Source: an uncultured Roseivirgaceae bacterium (GTDB lineage Bacteria; Bacteroidota; Bacteroidia; Cytophagales; Cyclobacteriaceae). Taken from it: DNA of 64,000 bases. Position numbers and translations under genes: made by a program. The notes beneath the pieces are model-generated. The model was not told where the DNA came from and ran no database searches. It saw only the letters and a program-made list of their open reading frames with translations. Shown in pieces: positions 27,718 to 37,595 of this stretch (within the stretch, counting starts at the first letter, position 1; each line of letters begins with the position of its first letter). Location of the stretch: contig CAZAWQ010000095.1 of the NCBI GenBank assembly GCA_964488585.1, positions 531-64,530 of the forward strand, in the 5' to 3' direction.

Positions 27718-28737
27718 TCAGATATGTAATTTTTTAACTACTTCTGAAAATCTATCCACCATAGTATCGTTAATTTCACGATGAGTTACCATCCTGATCT
27801 CTTGTCCTCCAAATGGCAGTGCTCGTATATCCTCCGCGCCAAGTTTTGTCAGTAACTGATTTGGAGATAACCCGTCTTCCAATTCAAATATCAAAATATT
27901 GGTATCCACCGGTTGTACACTGCTAACAAAGGGCAAGTTCCTGACGATTTCGCCCAGAGCCCGTGCCCGGTCATGATCATCGACCAGCGCCTTGATGTGA
28001 TGGTCCAGTGCATACAATCCAGCCGCTGCTAAATAGCCTGCCTGCCGCATCCCACCTCCCAATACTTTTCGAACTCTTTTGCCCATTGACATTGCCTGAC
28101 GGCTGCCACATAAAACCGACCCCACTGGTGCGCCCAACCCCTTAGAAAGACATATGGATATGGTGTCAAAAAGCCCGCCCCAGGCCGCGGTGTCATCTTT
28201 GGTTTCTGCCAGTGCATTGAATAACCTGGCTCCATCCAAGTGCATTTTTAAATTGTGTTCATCCGCTACATGCTTGATCTCTGCTACTTGCGACAACGGG
28301 TAGTAGCTGCCACCACCCTTATTAATTGTATTCTCCAACACCACCAATTTTGTGACAGGAAAATGTATGTCATGTGGATTTATGTTGTCTATTACATCCT
28401 GGGCGAAAATTCTTCCCCTGTCCCCATCTATCAATCTTACTGAAACCTGAGAATTGAAGGCCATCCCCCCACCTTCGTAGTTGTAAACATGAGATCTTCG
28501 GTCGCAAATAACCTGGTCCTGGGGGCTGGTGTTTATGCGGACAGCAATCTGATTGGTCATGGTTCCTGAGGGGCAAAACAGTGCTGCCTCTTTTCCAAAC
28601 ATAGTGGCCACTTTGGCTTCAAGGGCCTTAACAGAAGGGTCTTCATCAAATACGTCATCTCCAACTTCTGCTTGGATCATTGCTTCCAGCATTTCTGGAG
28701 ATGGTTTGGTCACTGTATCACTTCTTAAGTCCATCAT
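27718..28737 (-). CDS. ltaE: Low-specificity L-threonine aldolase
   Basis: DLRSDTVTKP...GDDV..EDP...FCPSGTMTNQ and a PLP-lysine region CLSKGLGAP are typical of the beta-eliminating lyase / threonine aldolase family. Confidence 0.9.
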   Translation of the reverse strand: MMDLRSDTVTKPSPEMLEAMIQAEVGDDVFDEDPSVKALEAKVATMFGKEAALFCPSGTMTNQIAVRINTSPQDQVICDRRSHVYNYEGGGMAFNSQVSVRLIDGDRGRIFAQDVIDNINPHDIHFPVTKLVVLENTINKGGGSYYPLSQVAEIKHVADEHNLKMHLDGARLFNALAETKDDTAAWGGLFDTISICLSKGLGAPVGSVLCGSRQAMSMGKRVRKVLGGGMRQAGYLAAAGLYALDHHIKALVDDHDRARALGEIVRNLPFVSSVQPVDTNILIFELEDGLSPNQLLTKLGAEDIRALPFGGQEIRMVTHREINDTMVDRFSEVVKKLHI

Positions 28738-28796
28738 GATTTTTTATCAACCGGGATCTGATCGCTGGACTAAGCTAGGGCTTTCCTGATTTTTTG

Positions 28797-28824
28797 TCAA
28801 AAAAAAGCCACGCTAAAGCGTGGC
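28797..28824 (-). terminator. Rho-independent terminator for the lipoprotein gene at 28848..29675
   Basis: GCCACGC-TAAA-GCGTGGC hairpin (28807-28824), followed on the minus strand by T8. Confidence 0.75.
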
Positions 28825-28847
28825 CCAAAAAAAGGTGGAGTTTTTTG

Positions 28848-29675
28848 CTAATTTTCTACGAATGCAATATTTCCCTGTGCGAGGATGGTATTCATTTCAA
28901 TGCCGGGACCCAAATGAATCCTTACAAATCCTTGAAAATCAACCATTGCTTCATACGGAGCCACCAAATCTCCATCCAATTGTTCCAAATGGGTTTGTCC
29001 AATTCCACTAGTTCCCTCAATTGGGCTTAGTGTTACTGCGCGTCCGGATTTGTGAAACATTGAACCAAAATTAAGCGTCACCGGATGTAGCTTACCTGGA
29101 ATACTTCCGTCTATATTAATTGTGATAAGCGAAAAACCACTTTCACGCTCTTCTATAGTAAAGATTCCACTTACACCTTGCACGTCACCCTCATACAGGT
29201 TGAACTGTTGGAAACGGCCAGTCAAAGCGTTCATCCCAATATCAGCCTGGGCAACTGTCATTCCAGTATCGTCACCTAATTGAATGTTCAGGTGACCATC
29301 AAATTGACGCAATTCATGGAAGGTAATGGTTCTTCCAGAATCCAGAGTTCGAATTTCGGTAACGCTGCTTTGCGAATGTCCATCCACTGGAGTAAGTGTC
29401 AGGGCTACACCCCCACCCTCCAGAGCATTGTTAAAATGTATGTAAGCCGGATAAGTACCGTCTGAATCCAGGTTATTCAACACAAGCTCGAGTTGGGTTG
29501 AGCCATCGTTTCTTTCCCTGATCTTTACGTGGCCATCAATGATTTGATCAGATACCGGATTTAACTCATACAGGTAATTCTTTCCGGTAACGTCAGACAT
29601 TTCTTCCACACAACTGAAAAGTCCTAATGTAAACGGGATTAGTAAATATGTTAAGATTTGCGAAATCGTTTTCAT
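28848..29675 (-). CDS. Lipoprotein with two tandem ~110-aa repeats (CHRD-like)
   Basis: Lipobox LGLFSC. The two halves align on G.V.I.ER..G...........P....F......G.AVTL.P..G.S.....LD......F.G...I.LG. I prefer the ATG at 29675 to the GTG at 29756. Confidence 0.55.
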   Translation of the reverse strand: MKTISQILTYLLIPFTLGLFSCVEEMSDVTGKNYLYELNPVSDQIIDGHVKIRERNDGSTQLELVLNNLDSDGTYPAYIHFNNALEGGGVALTLTPVDGHSQSSVTEIRTLDSGRTITFHELRQFDGHLNIQLGDDTGMTVAQADIGMNALTGRFQQFNLYEGDVQGVSGIFTIEERESGFSLITINIDGSIPGKLHPVTLNFGSMFHKSGRAVTLSPIEGTSGIGQTHLEQLDGDLVAPYEAMVDFQGFVRIHLGPGIEMNTILAQGNIAFVEN

Positions 29676-29906
29676 AGCAGGTGTTTTTTTTCTATTAATA
29701 CCCTGAAACCACTGGGGGTAGCCTCTCAATTCAACTTCATTTTGTACAATTAGCACCCATGTACTTTTTATTTATATTTTTATAACCATTTAGCTAAAAA
29801 TTGTACAAAAATCTCTTTAAATGATTACAACCTCAAAAGTTTAATCCAAAACGGCGAGGTTTGTATTTCACAATTGAGCAGTTATATTTAGAGAAAATCT
29901 TTCATA

Positions 29907-30464
29907 ATGAGTCTTGGAAAAAAGATAATTATTGGTATTGGTGTGATACTGATAGTTTTAGTTGGATATGTCAGTTACATAATGCTGTCTACCCGGTCTC
30001 ACAGCCCCTTAGCGGTTGAGGTACATGAACAAGATGGTATATCCATTCAAATTGAATATTGCAGACCATTTAAGAAGGAGCGTTTGATCTTTGGATCAAT
30101 GGAAGATGGGGCATTACTTCCTTATGGAAAATACTGGCGCCTTGGCGCAAATGATGCTACCAAGCTTATATTGGACACTAGTGTTGACTTCGGGGGGCAA
30201 TTATTAGCCAAAGGGAGTTATTCACTTTATGCTTTCCCTGAAGAAAAACATTGGGTGATTGGCGTTAACTCCGAGGCTGACCGATCAGGTGCTTCACCAC
30301 CGGATTTTAGCAAGGATGTTGGTAGAATTAAAGTTCCAGTGGTCCAGGACCCCAATAGTCAGGAGCAATTTACTATTAGCGTAGAAGAGAATGGATCAGA
30401 AGCATTAGTGGTATTGCAGTGGGACCAAACGCAGGTACGGATACCTGTTAAAACGACTAATTAA
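29907..30464 (+). CDS. DUF2911-like protein (N-terminal anchor)
   Basis: YCRPFKK.R.IFG....ALLPYGK.WRLGAN.AT and GSYSLYAFPEE..W match my memory of the DUF2911 family. Confidence 0.7.
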   Translation: MSLGKKIIIGIGVILIVLVGYVSYIMLSTRSHSPLAVEVHEQDGISIQIEYCRPFKKERLIFGSMEDGALLPYGKYWRLGANDATKLILDTSVDFGGQLLAKGSYSLYAFPEEKHWVIGVNSEADRSGASPPDFSKDVGRIKVPVVQDPNSQEQFTISVEENGSEALVVLQWDQTQVRIPVKTTN

Positions 30465-30646
30465 TATATTGCCACCCGTTTTCTGGTACTTTTATTCTTG
30501 GAGTACTTTTTAGCGGAATGCTTATATTGTATAGAATTATAGTATTCAAGCTTCTTTTTCCCAGCCTTAGTTTGACAAGCTGAACGATAAGGAGCACAGG
30601 CGCTGAATACGAACAAAACTAAGGTTATAACAATTAGTCGGCTCAT
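30461..30646 (-). CDS. Possible small basic lipoprotein
   Basis: About 61 aa counted from the ATG at 30646. Lipobox FSAC followed by a Lys-rich tail. Coding status is uncertain. Confidence 0.3.
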   Translation of the reverse strand: MSRLIVITLVLFVFSACAPYRSACQTKAGKKKLEYYNSIQYKHSAKKYSKNKSTRKRVAIY

Positions 30647-30798
30647 AATAATTAGGTTCAAAACTTAAATATAACAATATAAAATATAACTAAACAATGA
30701 TTTTGACAAAATTTGTTCGCCAATAGCTTTATGGTATAGTTGTATTTAAGTCTTTAAATTAGATTAATCCAAATCGTTACTTGCTCAAATCCGGAATC

Positions 30799-32124
30799 AT
30801 GACCCGCTATATTTTCACCCAATTCTGTCAATGGATATCGATTCTAAAAATTTTACTGTTTGTGATGACCCTGTTGGTAGTCAATCCTATCTGGTCTCAA
30901 AAGTTAAACCGCAAAGAAATACAAATATTGTCCATTGTGGAGTCCAACCATGCACGAGCTCTGGAATTCCTGGAAAAATCAGTCAATATCAACAGTGGTA
31001 CCATGAATTTGGAGGGGGTAAAAGCCGCCGGCAAGCAATTCATGGAAGCATACAGCGCTCTGGGATTTAAAACCACCTGGATTGAAATACTCCCTGACGT
31101 CAACAGGGCTGGTCATTTAATGGCTGAATATAAGGGTAGTAAAGGAAAACGGCTGCTGCTGATAGGGCATCTGGATACTGTTTTTGAAAAAGACAGCCCT
31201 TTTCAAAACTATGAACCTACGGATTCAGTGGCCAGGGGTCCAGGGGCAGTCGACATGAAAGGTGGGAATGTGGTGATGCTATATGCCTTGAAGGCCCTTC
31301 ATGAAGCAGGAGTTTTAAAAGGGGCCCAAATAACTATCATGTTACATGGTGATGAGGAAATTGCGGGCATTCCAATATCAGCCAGTAGAGGAGATATAGT
31401 GGCCGTTGCCAAACGCAGTGATATTGCTCTGGGTTTTGAAGGGGCTAGTGGATTTAGCCACGCCACGGTGGCGCGCCGTGGTTCCAGTGGATGGACATTA
31501 AGAGTAGTAGGGGCCAGAGGTCACAGCTCACTCATATTCACTAAAAAATTCGGTGCAGGTGCCATTTTTGAGACTTCCAGAATCCTCAATGCTTTCTATA
31601 ATGAAGTACCAGAAGAGTATCTTACGTTTAATCCGGGCCTAATCCTGGGAGGTACCTCGGTGAGTTATGACTCTGTTCAAAGTTCTGGTGCGGCCTTTGG
31701 AAAGTCCAATGTGATCTCCCAGCAAGTGATTGTGAAAGGTGGATTGCGATTTATTTCCGAAGTGCAAAAGGACCAGGCAAGAATTAAAATGAAAGCCATT
31801 ATATCAAAAAATCTGCCAGGAACCAGCGCAACAATCACCTTTAAAGACAGTTATCCTGCCATGAGTCCAACTCCGGGTAATATGGAAGTACTTCAGGTTC
31901 TTGACCAGGTTAGTCAGGATATGGGATATGGGCCAGTAGAAGCATATGATCCCGGTAAAAGAGGCGCCGGAGACATAAGTTTTGTTGCCGAATACCTGGA
32001 CTGCCTGGATGGATTGGGAGTCATGGGCCAGGGGGCACACTCCGAAGAAGAATTTGTGGACCTGCGGACCATGGAGGCGCTTACCAAAAGGGCTGCAGTT
32101 CTTATTTACCGATTGACGCGGTAG
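30799..32124 (+). CDS. M20-family metallopeptidase (carboxypeptidase G2-like)
   Basis: LLLIGHLDTVF, GPGAVDMKGG and HGDEE metal-ligand motifs typical of M20/M25/M40 peptidases. N-terminal signal/anchor. ATG at 30799 preferred. Confidence 0.85.
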   Translation: MTRYIFTQFCQWISILKILLFVMTLLVVNPIWSQKLNRKEIQILSIVESNHARALEFLEKSVNINSGTMNLEGVKAAGKQFMEAYSALGFKTTWIEILPDVNRAGHLMAEYKGSKGKRLLLIGHLDTVFEKDSPFQNYEPTDSVARGPGAVDMKGGNVVMLYALKALHEAGVLKGAQITIMLHGDEEIAGIPISASRGDIVAVAKRSDIALGFEGASGFSHATVARRGSSGWTLRVVGARGHSSLIFTKKFGAGAIFETSRILNAFYNEVPEEYLTFNPGLILGGTSVSYDSVQSSGAAFGKSNVISQQVIVKGGLRFISEVQKDQARIKMKAIISKNLPGTSATITFKDSYPAMSPTPGNMEVLQVLDQVSQDMGYGPVEAYDPGKRGAGDISFVAEYLDCLDGLGVMGQGAHSEEEFVDLRTMEALTKRAAVLIYRLTR

Positions 32125-32158
32125 GTCAATTATCATTTATCAGCCAACTTCCTAACTA

Positions 32159-34048
32159 CTAAAGCACCCCTGCTTGAATACTCTCCACCACCGAAGGATC
32201 TAACAACGTAGAAACATCTCCCAGGTTATCGTTTTCACCAGAGGCAATTTTGCGCAGGATACGACGCATGATCTTTCCTGAGCGGGTTTTTGGGAGCCCC
32301 GGCACGAACTGTATCTTATCGGGCTTAGCAATGGGCCCGATAGTCTCTGAAACCAGTGATAATATTTCTGATCGCAGTTCCTGCTCGTTCTCCACTGCCT
32401 CTCGGGTGATCACATAGGCGTAAACTGCATGTCCTTTGACATCATGGGGAAATCCCACTACCGCGGTCTCCACCACTTTTTGGTGCTCGTCAATGGCGCT
32501 TTCTATTTCAGCAGTACCCAAATTATGCCCGGAAACGATGATCACATCATCTACCCTGCCGGTGATCCGGTAGTATCCATTCTCATCTCTTTTGCATCCA
32601 TCACCCGTAAAATAATACCCTTCGTAAGCAGAGAAATAGGTTTCCTTATAGCGCTGGTGGTTGCCATATATGGTACGAGCCATAGAAGGCCACGGGAAGC
32701 TAATACACAGTCGCCCTTCCACCTGATTGTCATTAATTATGTTTCCATTTTCATCCATCAACACCGGTTGAACCCCAGGTAGAGGCAAAGTGGCAAATGC
32801 CGGCTTCAATGGAGTAATACCTGCTATGGGAGATATCATTATTCCTCCGGTTTCGGTTTGCCACCAGGTGTCCACGATAGGGCAGTTGTCCTTGCCAATA
32901 TTCATGTTATACCAGTGCCAGGCCTCTTCATTAATAGGCTCTCCAACCGTTCCAAGAACTCTTAAGGAACTTAGGTCATGTCGTTCTACATAACTAAGGT
33001 CTGCTTTTTCCAGGGCCCGGATGGCTGTGGGTGCGGTATAAAAGATATTTACTTGATGTTTGGCAATCACTTCCCAAAATCGTCCCATGTCAGGATAGGA
33101 TGGCACCCCTTCAAACATTACTGTAGTACCTCCAGCGGCCAATGGTCCATAAACGATATAAGAATGTCCGGTAATCCATCCGATATCAGCGGTACACCAG
33201 TATACATCACCTGGCTGGTATTGAAAGACGGTTTTGAATGTATAGGTTGTATAGACCATGTATCCGCCACAGGTATGTACCATCCCTTTGGGTTTGCCAG
33301 TAGAGCCTGAAGTATAAAGGATAAACAACATGTCCTCTGCATCCATGACCGTAGCATCGCAGTTGCTATCAACCTGGGCGATTTCGTCATGCCACCATAC
33401 ATCTCGTCCTGGTTCCATATGCACATCTGCCTTGGTGCGTTGTAATACCACAACTTTGTCAACCGAAGTACAATTCTTCAACCCTTCATCAACGATGGGC
33501 TTTAGATCAATCACTTTTGAACCTCTAAACGACCCGTCAGAAGTGATCACCACTTTACACTGGGAATCATTAACACGGTCTGCCAGAGCGCTGGAGGAAA
33601 AGCCTGCAAAAACTACAGAATGAACTACGCCAATGCGGGCACAGGCCAACACTGCAACCGCCAATTCTGGCACCATTGGCAAATATATACAGGCCCGGTC
33701 ACCCTTCTCCAGTCCGTTTTTCTTTAGCACATTGGCGAATTGGCAGACCTGCTCAAAAAGGTCTTTATAGGTAATGTGCAAAGCCTCTTCGCTGGGATCA
33801 TTAGGCTCCCAGATAATTGCTGTTTGATCTCCTTTGGCACTGATGTGCCTGTCCAGGCAGTTCTCAGTAATGTTTAGTTTACCACCCGTAAACCAACGTA
33901 CCTGGGGCTTTGTGAAATCCCATTCCAAAATTGATTCGGGTTTTTTATGCCATAAAAATTCCTTTGCTTCAGCGGCCCAGAATCCCTCTGGATCCTGTAC
34001 ACTATTATTATAGGTCTGATGGTATTCCTCGAATGATCGTATTTCCAT
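32159..34048 (-). CDS. acs: Acetyl-CoA synthetase
   Basis: 629 aa with FILYTSGSTGKPKG (AMP-binding), WWQTETGG and a C-terminal PKTRSGKIMRR, the canonical Acs pattern. Confidence 0.97.
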   Translation of the reverse strand: MEIRSFEEYHQTYNNSVQDPEGFWAAEAKEFLWHKKPESILEWDFTKPQVRWFTGGKLNITENCLDRHISAKGDQTAIIWEPNDPSEEALHITYKDLFEQVCQFANVLKKNGLEKGDRACIYLPMVPELAVAVLACARIGVVHSVVFAGFSSSALADRVNDSQCKVVITSDGSFRGSKVIDLKPIVDEGLKNCTSVDKVVVLQRTKADVHMEPGRDVWWHDEIAQVDSNCDATVMDAEDMLFILYTSGSTGKPKGMVHTCGGYMVYTTYTFKTVFQYQPGDVYWCTADIGWITGHSYIVYGPLAAGGTTVMFEGVPSYPDMGRFWEVIAKHQVNIFYTAPTAIRALEKADLSYVERHDLSSLRVLGTVGEPINEEAWHWYNMNIGKDNCPIVDTWWQTETGGIMISPIAGITPLKPAFATLPLPGVQPVLMDENGNIINDNQVEGRLCISFPWPSMARTIYGNHQRYKETYFSAYEGYYFTGDGCKRDENGYYRITGRVDDVIIVSGHNLGTAEIESAIDEHQKVVETAVVGFPHDVKGHAVYAYVITREAVENEQELRSEILSLVSETIGPIAKPDKIQFVPGLPKTRSGKIMRRILRKIASGENDNLGDVSTLLDPSVVESIQAGVL

Positions 34049-34100
34049 TTTTTCTTGGTAAAAGTGACCGGTACGTTATGAGTTCTAAATTGTTCTGCTG

Positions 34101-35765
34101 CTAAGGCTTGCGAATATTGGCAACCATTTCTCTGATATGTGGTGGTGGTGGTGGTGTAAACCGCGACACCAACAGTGCAACAACGAAGTTAATGAGCATG
34201 GCGATAGTTCCAAACCCTTCCGGGCTTATTCCGAACCACCAATCTCCCTCGTCCCCACCCCCCAGGAAGCCGAACTTGAACTTCAGTATATACAGAAGCA
34301 TACTGCTCAACCCCACGATCATTCCTGTGATGGCCCCTTCCTTATTCATTCTTGAGTAGAATATACCCAAAACTATAGCAGGAAAGAATGACGCGGCTGC
34401 CAGACCAAATGCCAACGCCACCACTGCGGCCACAAAATCGGGCGGATTAATTCCAAAGTATCCAGCTACAACTACTGCAAAAGCAGCGGCAATACGAGCT
34501 GCCAACAATTCTCCCTTTTCACTTATATTCGGGTTTATTTGCTTTTTAATCAGGTCATGTGAAACGGATGATGAGATTACCAGTAATAGCCCCGCGGCAG
34601 TACTCAATGCAGCCGCCAGGCCGCCAGCTGCCACCAAAGCAATAACCCAGTTAGGCAATTGAGCTATCTCCGGATTGGCCAGTACAATAATGTCCCGGTC
34701 AATGGAGAGTTCATTTTTTTCGGTATCCGCCAAATATTGTATTTTGCCGTCCTGGTTTTTATCTTCAAATTTGATCAGTCCCGTATCTTCCCACTTGGTG
34801 AACCACTCTGGCATGTTTTTGTAAGATTTCTCGCTTACAGTTTCAATAAGATTAGTGCGAGCAAATGCAGCCAGTGCCGGAGCGGTGGTATATAATATTG
34901 CTATGAATACCAGAGCATATCCTGCTGACAATCGGGCTTCCTTCACTCCGGGAACTGTGAAAAATCTGACAATTACATGCGGAAGGCCAGCTGTTCCAAT
35001 CATCAGGGCGGAAGTAATAAAGAACACATCCTGCATACTTTTACTGCCATCCGTATAGGCAGTAAATCCCAGCTGTCGGTGTAGGCCATCCAAATGATCT
35101 AATAAGTAGCTGCCAGATTCAGTGAGCTGAGCGCCAAATCCCAACTGTGGTAACCATTGACCGGTTAACTGAATGGATATAAAAAACACCGGCACCATGA
35201 AGGCAAAGATCAACACGCAATATTGTGCTACCTGAGTGTAGGTTATTCCCTTCATACCTCCCAAAACAGCATAAAAGAAGACGATTCCCATCCCTATGAA
35301 AATGCCTATATTAATCTCTACTTCAAGAAATCTGGAGAACACCACCCCAACCCCTCTCATTTGACCACTTACATAAGTGAATGAAACGAATAGGGCACAA
35401 ATAACCGCAACCGTTCTGGCAACGTTGGAGTAATATCGATCTCCGATAAAGTCTGGCACGGTAAATTTACCAAACTTTCGCAGATAAGGCGCCAGCAACA
35501 GGGCCAGTAAAACATAACCTCCGGTCCATCCCATCAAGTACACTGCGCCATCATAGCCCATAAAAGAGATGAGTCCTGCCATGCTGATGAAAGAAGCGGC
35601 CGACATCCAGTCTGCTGCCGTTGCCATACCATTAGCTAAGGGATGTACATTTCCTCCAGCAACATAAAATTCACCGGTTGATCCGGCCCTGGACCAAATA
35701 GCAATGCCAATATAGACTAGGAAAGTAATTCCTACAATAAGGTAGGTCCAGGTTTGTACATCCAT
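34101..35765 (-). CDS. Sodium:solute symporter family transporter (large subunit, acetate/monocarboxylate-type)
   Basis: 554 aa with about 13 TM helices and SSS-family architecture. It is preceded by a DUF4212 small subunit and followed by acs. Confidence 0.88.
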   Translation of the reverse strand: MDVQTWTYLIVGITFLVYIGIAIWSRAGSTGEFYVAGGNVHPLANGMATAADWMSAASFISMAGLISFMGYDGAVYLMGWTGGYVLLALLLAPYLRKFGKFTVPDFIGDRYYSNVARTVAVICALFVSFTYVSGQMRGVGVVFSRFLEVEINIGIFIGMGIVFFYAVLGGMKGITYTQVAQYCVLIFAFMVPVFFISIQLTGQWLPQLGFGAQLTESGSYLLDHLDGLHRQLGFTAYTDGSKSMQDVFFITSALMIGTAGLPHVIVRFFTVPGVKEARLSAGYALVFIAILYTTAPALAAFARTNLIETVSEKSYKNMPEWFTKWEDTGLIKFEDKNQDGKIQYLADTEKNELSIDRDIIVLANPEIAQLPNWVIALVAAGGLAAALSTAAGLLLVISSSVSHDLIKKQINPNISEKGELLAARIAAAFAVVVAGYFGINPPDFVAAVVALAFGLAAASFFPAIVLGIFYSRMNKEGAITGMIVGLSSMLLYILKFKFGFLGGGDEGDWWFGISPEGFGTIAMLINFVVALLVSRFTPPPPPHIREMVANIRKP

Positions 35766-35768
35766 AGC

Positions 35769-36026
35769 TTAGGGCGTCTCTTCTTCTGAGTGGGACTTAT
35801 CCAGCTTGTTCATCCAATAAACATATACAAAAATTATGGCCACAAATGCATAAATAGATCCCTGTTGAGCAAACCAAAACCCTAACTTGAACCCGCCAAT
35901 TTTAATTTGATTAAGGAAAGGAGCGAATAATATTCCACATCCGTATGAAACAAAAAACCACACCACCAATAAAATAAGGAGATAACGCTTGTTCTTTTGC
36001 CAGTACTTGGTATTAGAATCCGTCAT
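35769..36026 (-). CDS. DUF4212 / solute:sodium symporter small subunit
   Basis: 85 aa with two TM helices and a YW..N..L...LL.VWF pattern. It ends 3 nt upstream of the SSS large subunit gene. Confidence 0.8.
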   Translation of the reverse strand: MTDSNTKYWQKNKRYLLILLVVWFFVSYGCGILFAPFLNQIKIGGFKLGFWFAQQGSIYAFVAIIFVYVYWMNKLDKSHSEEETP

Positions 36027-36086
36027 AGGTCATTTGTAAGCCAGCTAAGATATAAATTTTAACAGGGAAAAAAAATAAAGCTCCGA

Positions 36087-36830
36087 CTAGCCTAAAAATT
36101 CAGTCAATAGTGCCAGGGTAGTGCCTGCGAAAATTACTAACAATTTGGCCCAGTTGAGCCTATGTCCCGGGCTGCTTTCCAATAAAATTGTAGTGCTGAT
36201 ATATAAAAAATTTCCTGTTACCAATGCAAATAAAATGGTCAACCAGGATGACTGTACCCAATCCATTTGAGCCAGGTACTCACCAAAGAATATGCCAGCT
36301 GGTGTCATTATGGAAAACAAAATCATCAAAAATACCGGCCATCTCCAACGCTGATAATTGCATCTGATAAGGGACATCAAGGCAAATGCCGCAGGCATTT
36401 TATGCAATATGATACCAGTCAATAGCCCGCCGGAGCGCTGATATGTATCAACTAAGCTTACATGACTTAATAAAATCCCCTCCAATAAAGCATGAACGGA
36501 CATGGCAGCCAGCAGGGTCACCATAGTCAAAGACCCATGCTGATGGTCGTCATCTGCCATATGGAGATGACCATGCTCCACGCCACTGGTAAAAAAATTC
36601 AAGAGAAGTTGCATAAAATAACCAATGATCACCCATAGCGCTACCTCCTGATGTCCCAGGTCCCCAGAGAAAAGTTCCGGCATCAAATGGACAAAAGTAA
36701 TTCCTAAAAGATAGGCGCCGGAAAACACCAGAGCCAGATGAAACATCGTTGAATTATTCTTTCTTATAAACAAAGGAGCTAACCCTGCAATAAGGGTGAG
36801 GGCAGTGAGTAATATCAAAGATATGGTCAT
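36087..36830 (-). CDS. ZIP-family divalent metal transporter
   Basis: 247 aa with about 8 TM helices, a central His-rich loop (HGHLHMADDDHQHG) and the HALLEG/HKMP motifs typical of ZupT/ZIP. Confidence 0.85.
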   Translation of the reverse strand: MTISLILLTALTLIAGLAPLFIRKNNSTMFHLALVFSGAYLLGITFVHLMPELFSGDLGHQEVALWVIIGYFMQLLLNFFTSGVEHGHLHMADDDHQHGSLTMVTLLAAMSVHALLEGILLSHVSLVDTYQRSGGLLTGIILHKMPAAFALMSLIRCNYQRWRWPVFLMILFSIMTPAGIFFGEYLAQMDWVQSSWLTILFALVTGNFLYISTTILLESSPGHRLNWAKLLVIFAGTTLALLTEFLG

Positions 36831-36839
36831 GGGTTGTTC

Positions 36840-37595
36840 TTATTCTTTCTCTAGAACAAAGATCATCCTTTCTGAGGATTGCCAATGATAGGGATTAAGT
36901 TGGTAATCACCGAAATTGGCTTTTAGTTTTAATCCTGCTTTAATAAAATACCTCATAAACTCTATTTTACGAATAGCCTTTACCCTTTCGGTAAATAAGT
37001 AGTCCCTACTTCCATCGGTAAACTTTATTTCTTTCATGATAAAACCTTGAGAGAACCTCCGGTTGATCTCGAAATCTATTCCCTTAATTGTCTTACGCTC
37101 ACAAGGCACCAATCGATCGATCACAGTATAGGGGTTTAGGAAATCGATCACCAATTGACCTTTGTTCTTCAGGGCAATCGCAGCGGCATGAATGGCCTGT
37201 TCATTTTCAACTACAGTGTCGAAATATCCAAAACTGGTAAAAAGGTTTAGAGCATAATCAAAGGCATCACGTTTAAATATCTGACGCATATCGTGGACAT
37301 GAAAATGCAATTTATTGTTTTCATAGGCCTTTGCATGGGCAATATTTTGAGGGGATAGATCGATCCCTACTACATTCAATCCCTTGCTGTTTAAATAAAT
37401 AGCATGACGTCCTTTTCCACAAGCAATGTCCAAAATATGATCATTTTTCTCGAAGTTGAATAAAGTGTTCAGGTTATTAATAAAAGCATGCGCCTCTTTT
37501 TCATCGCGATGTTCATACAAGATATGGTAGTAGGGAGAATCAAACCAAGACCCAAACCATTCTTTTGAAGACTCTATGGAGTTTCCATTGTTCAT
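36840..37595 (-). CDS. Class I SAM-dependent methyltransferase
   Basis: ILDIACGKGRH..YL...G..V.GIDLS is SAM-binding motif I. Confidence 0.85.
   Translation of the reverse strand: MNNGNSIESSKEWFGSWFDSPYYHILYEHRDEKEAHAFINNLNTLFNFEKNDHILDIACGKGRHAIYLNSKGLNVVGIDLSPQNIAHAKAYENNKLHFHVHDMRQIFKRDAFDYALNLFTSFGYFDTVVENEQAIHAAAIALKNKGQLVIDFLNPYTVIDRLVPCERKTIKGIDFEINRRFSQGFIMKEIKFTDGSRDYLFTERVKAIRKIEFMRYFIKAGLKLKANFGDYQLNPYHWQSSERMIFVLEKE

Noticed and set aside
28794-29030. Plus-strand ORFs 28794-29030 and 28820-29011, downstream of the ltaE promoter region.
   Set aside because: They begin inside the terminator hairpin and A-run and overlap the 3' end of the minus-strand lipoprotein gene. No family signal is present.
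34140-34154. (TGG)5 trinucleotide repeat.
   Set aside because: It lies in frame within the C-terminus of the SSS transporter, where it encodes PPPPP on the minus strand. It is a low-complexity coding tract rather than a regulatory or phase-variable repeat.
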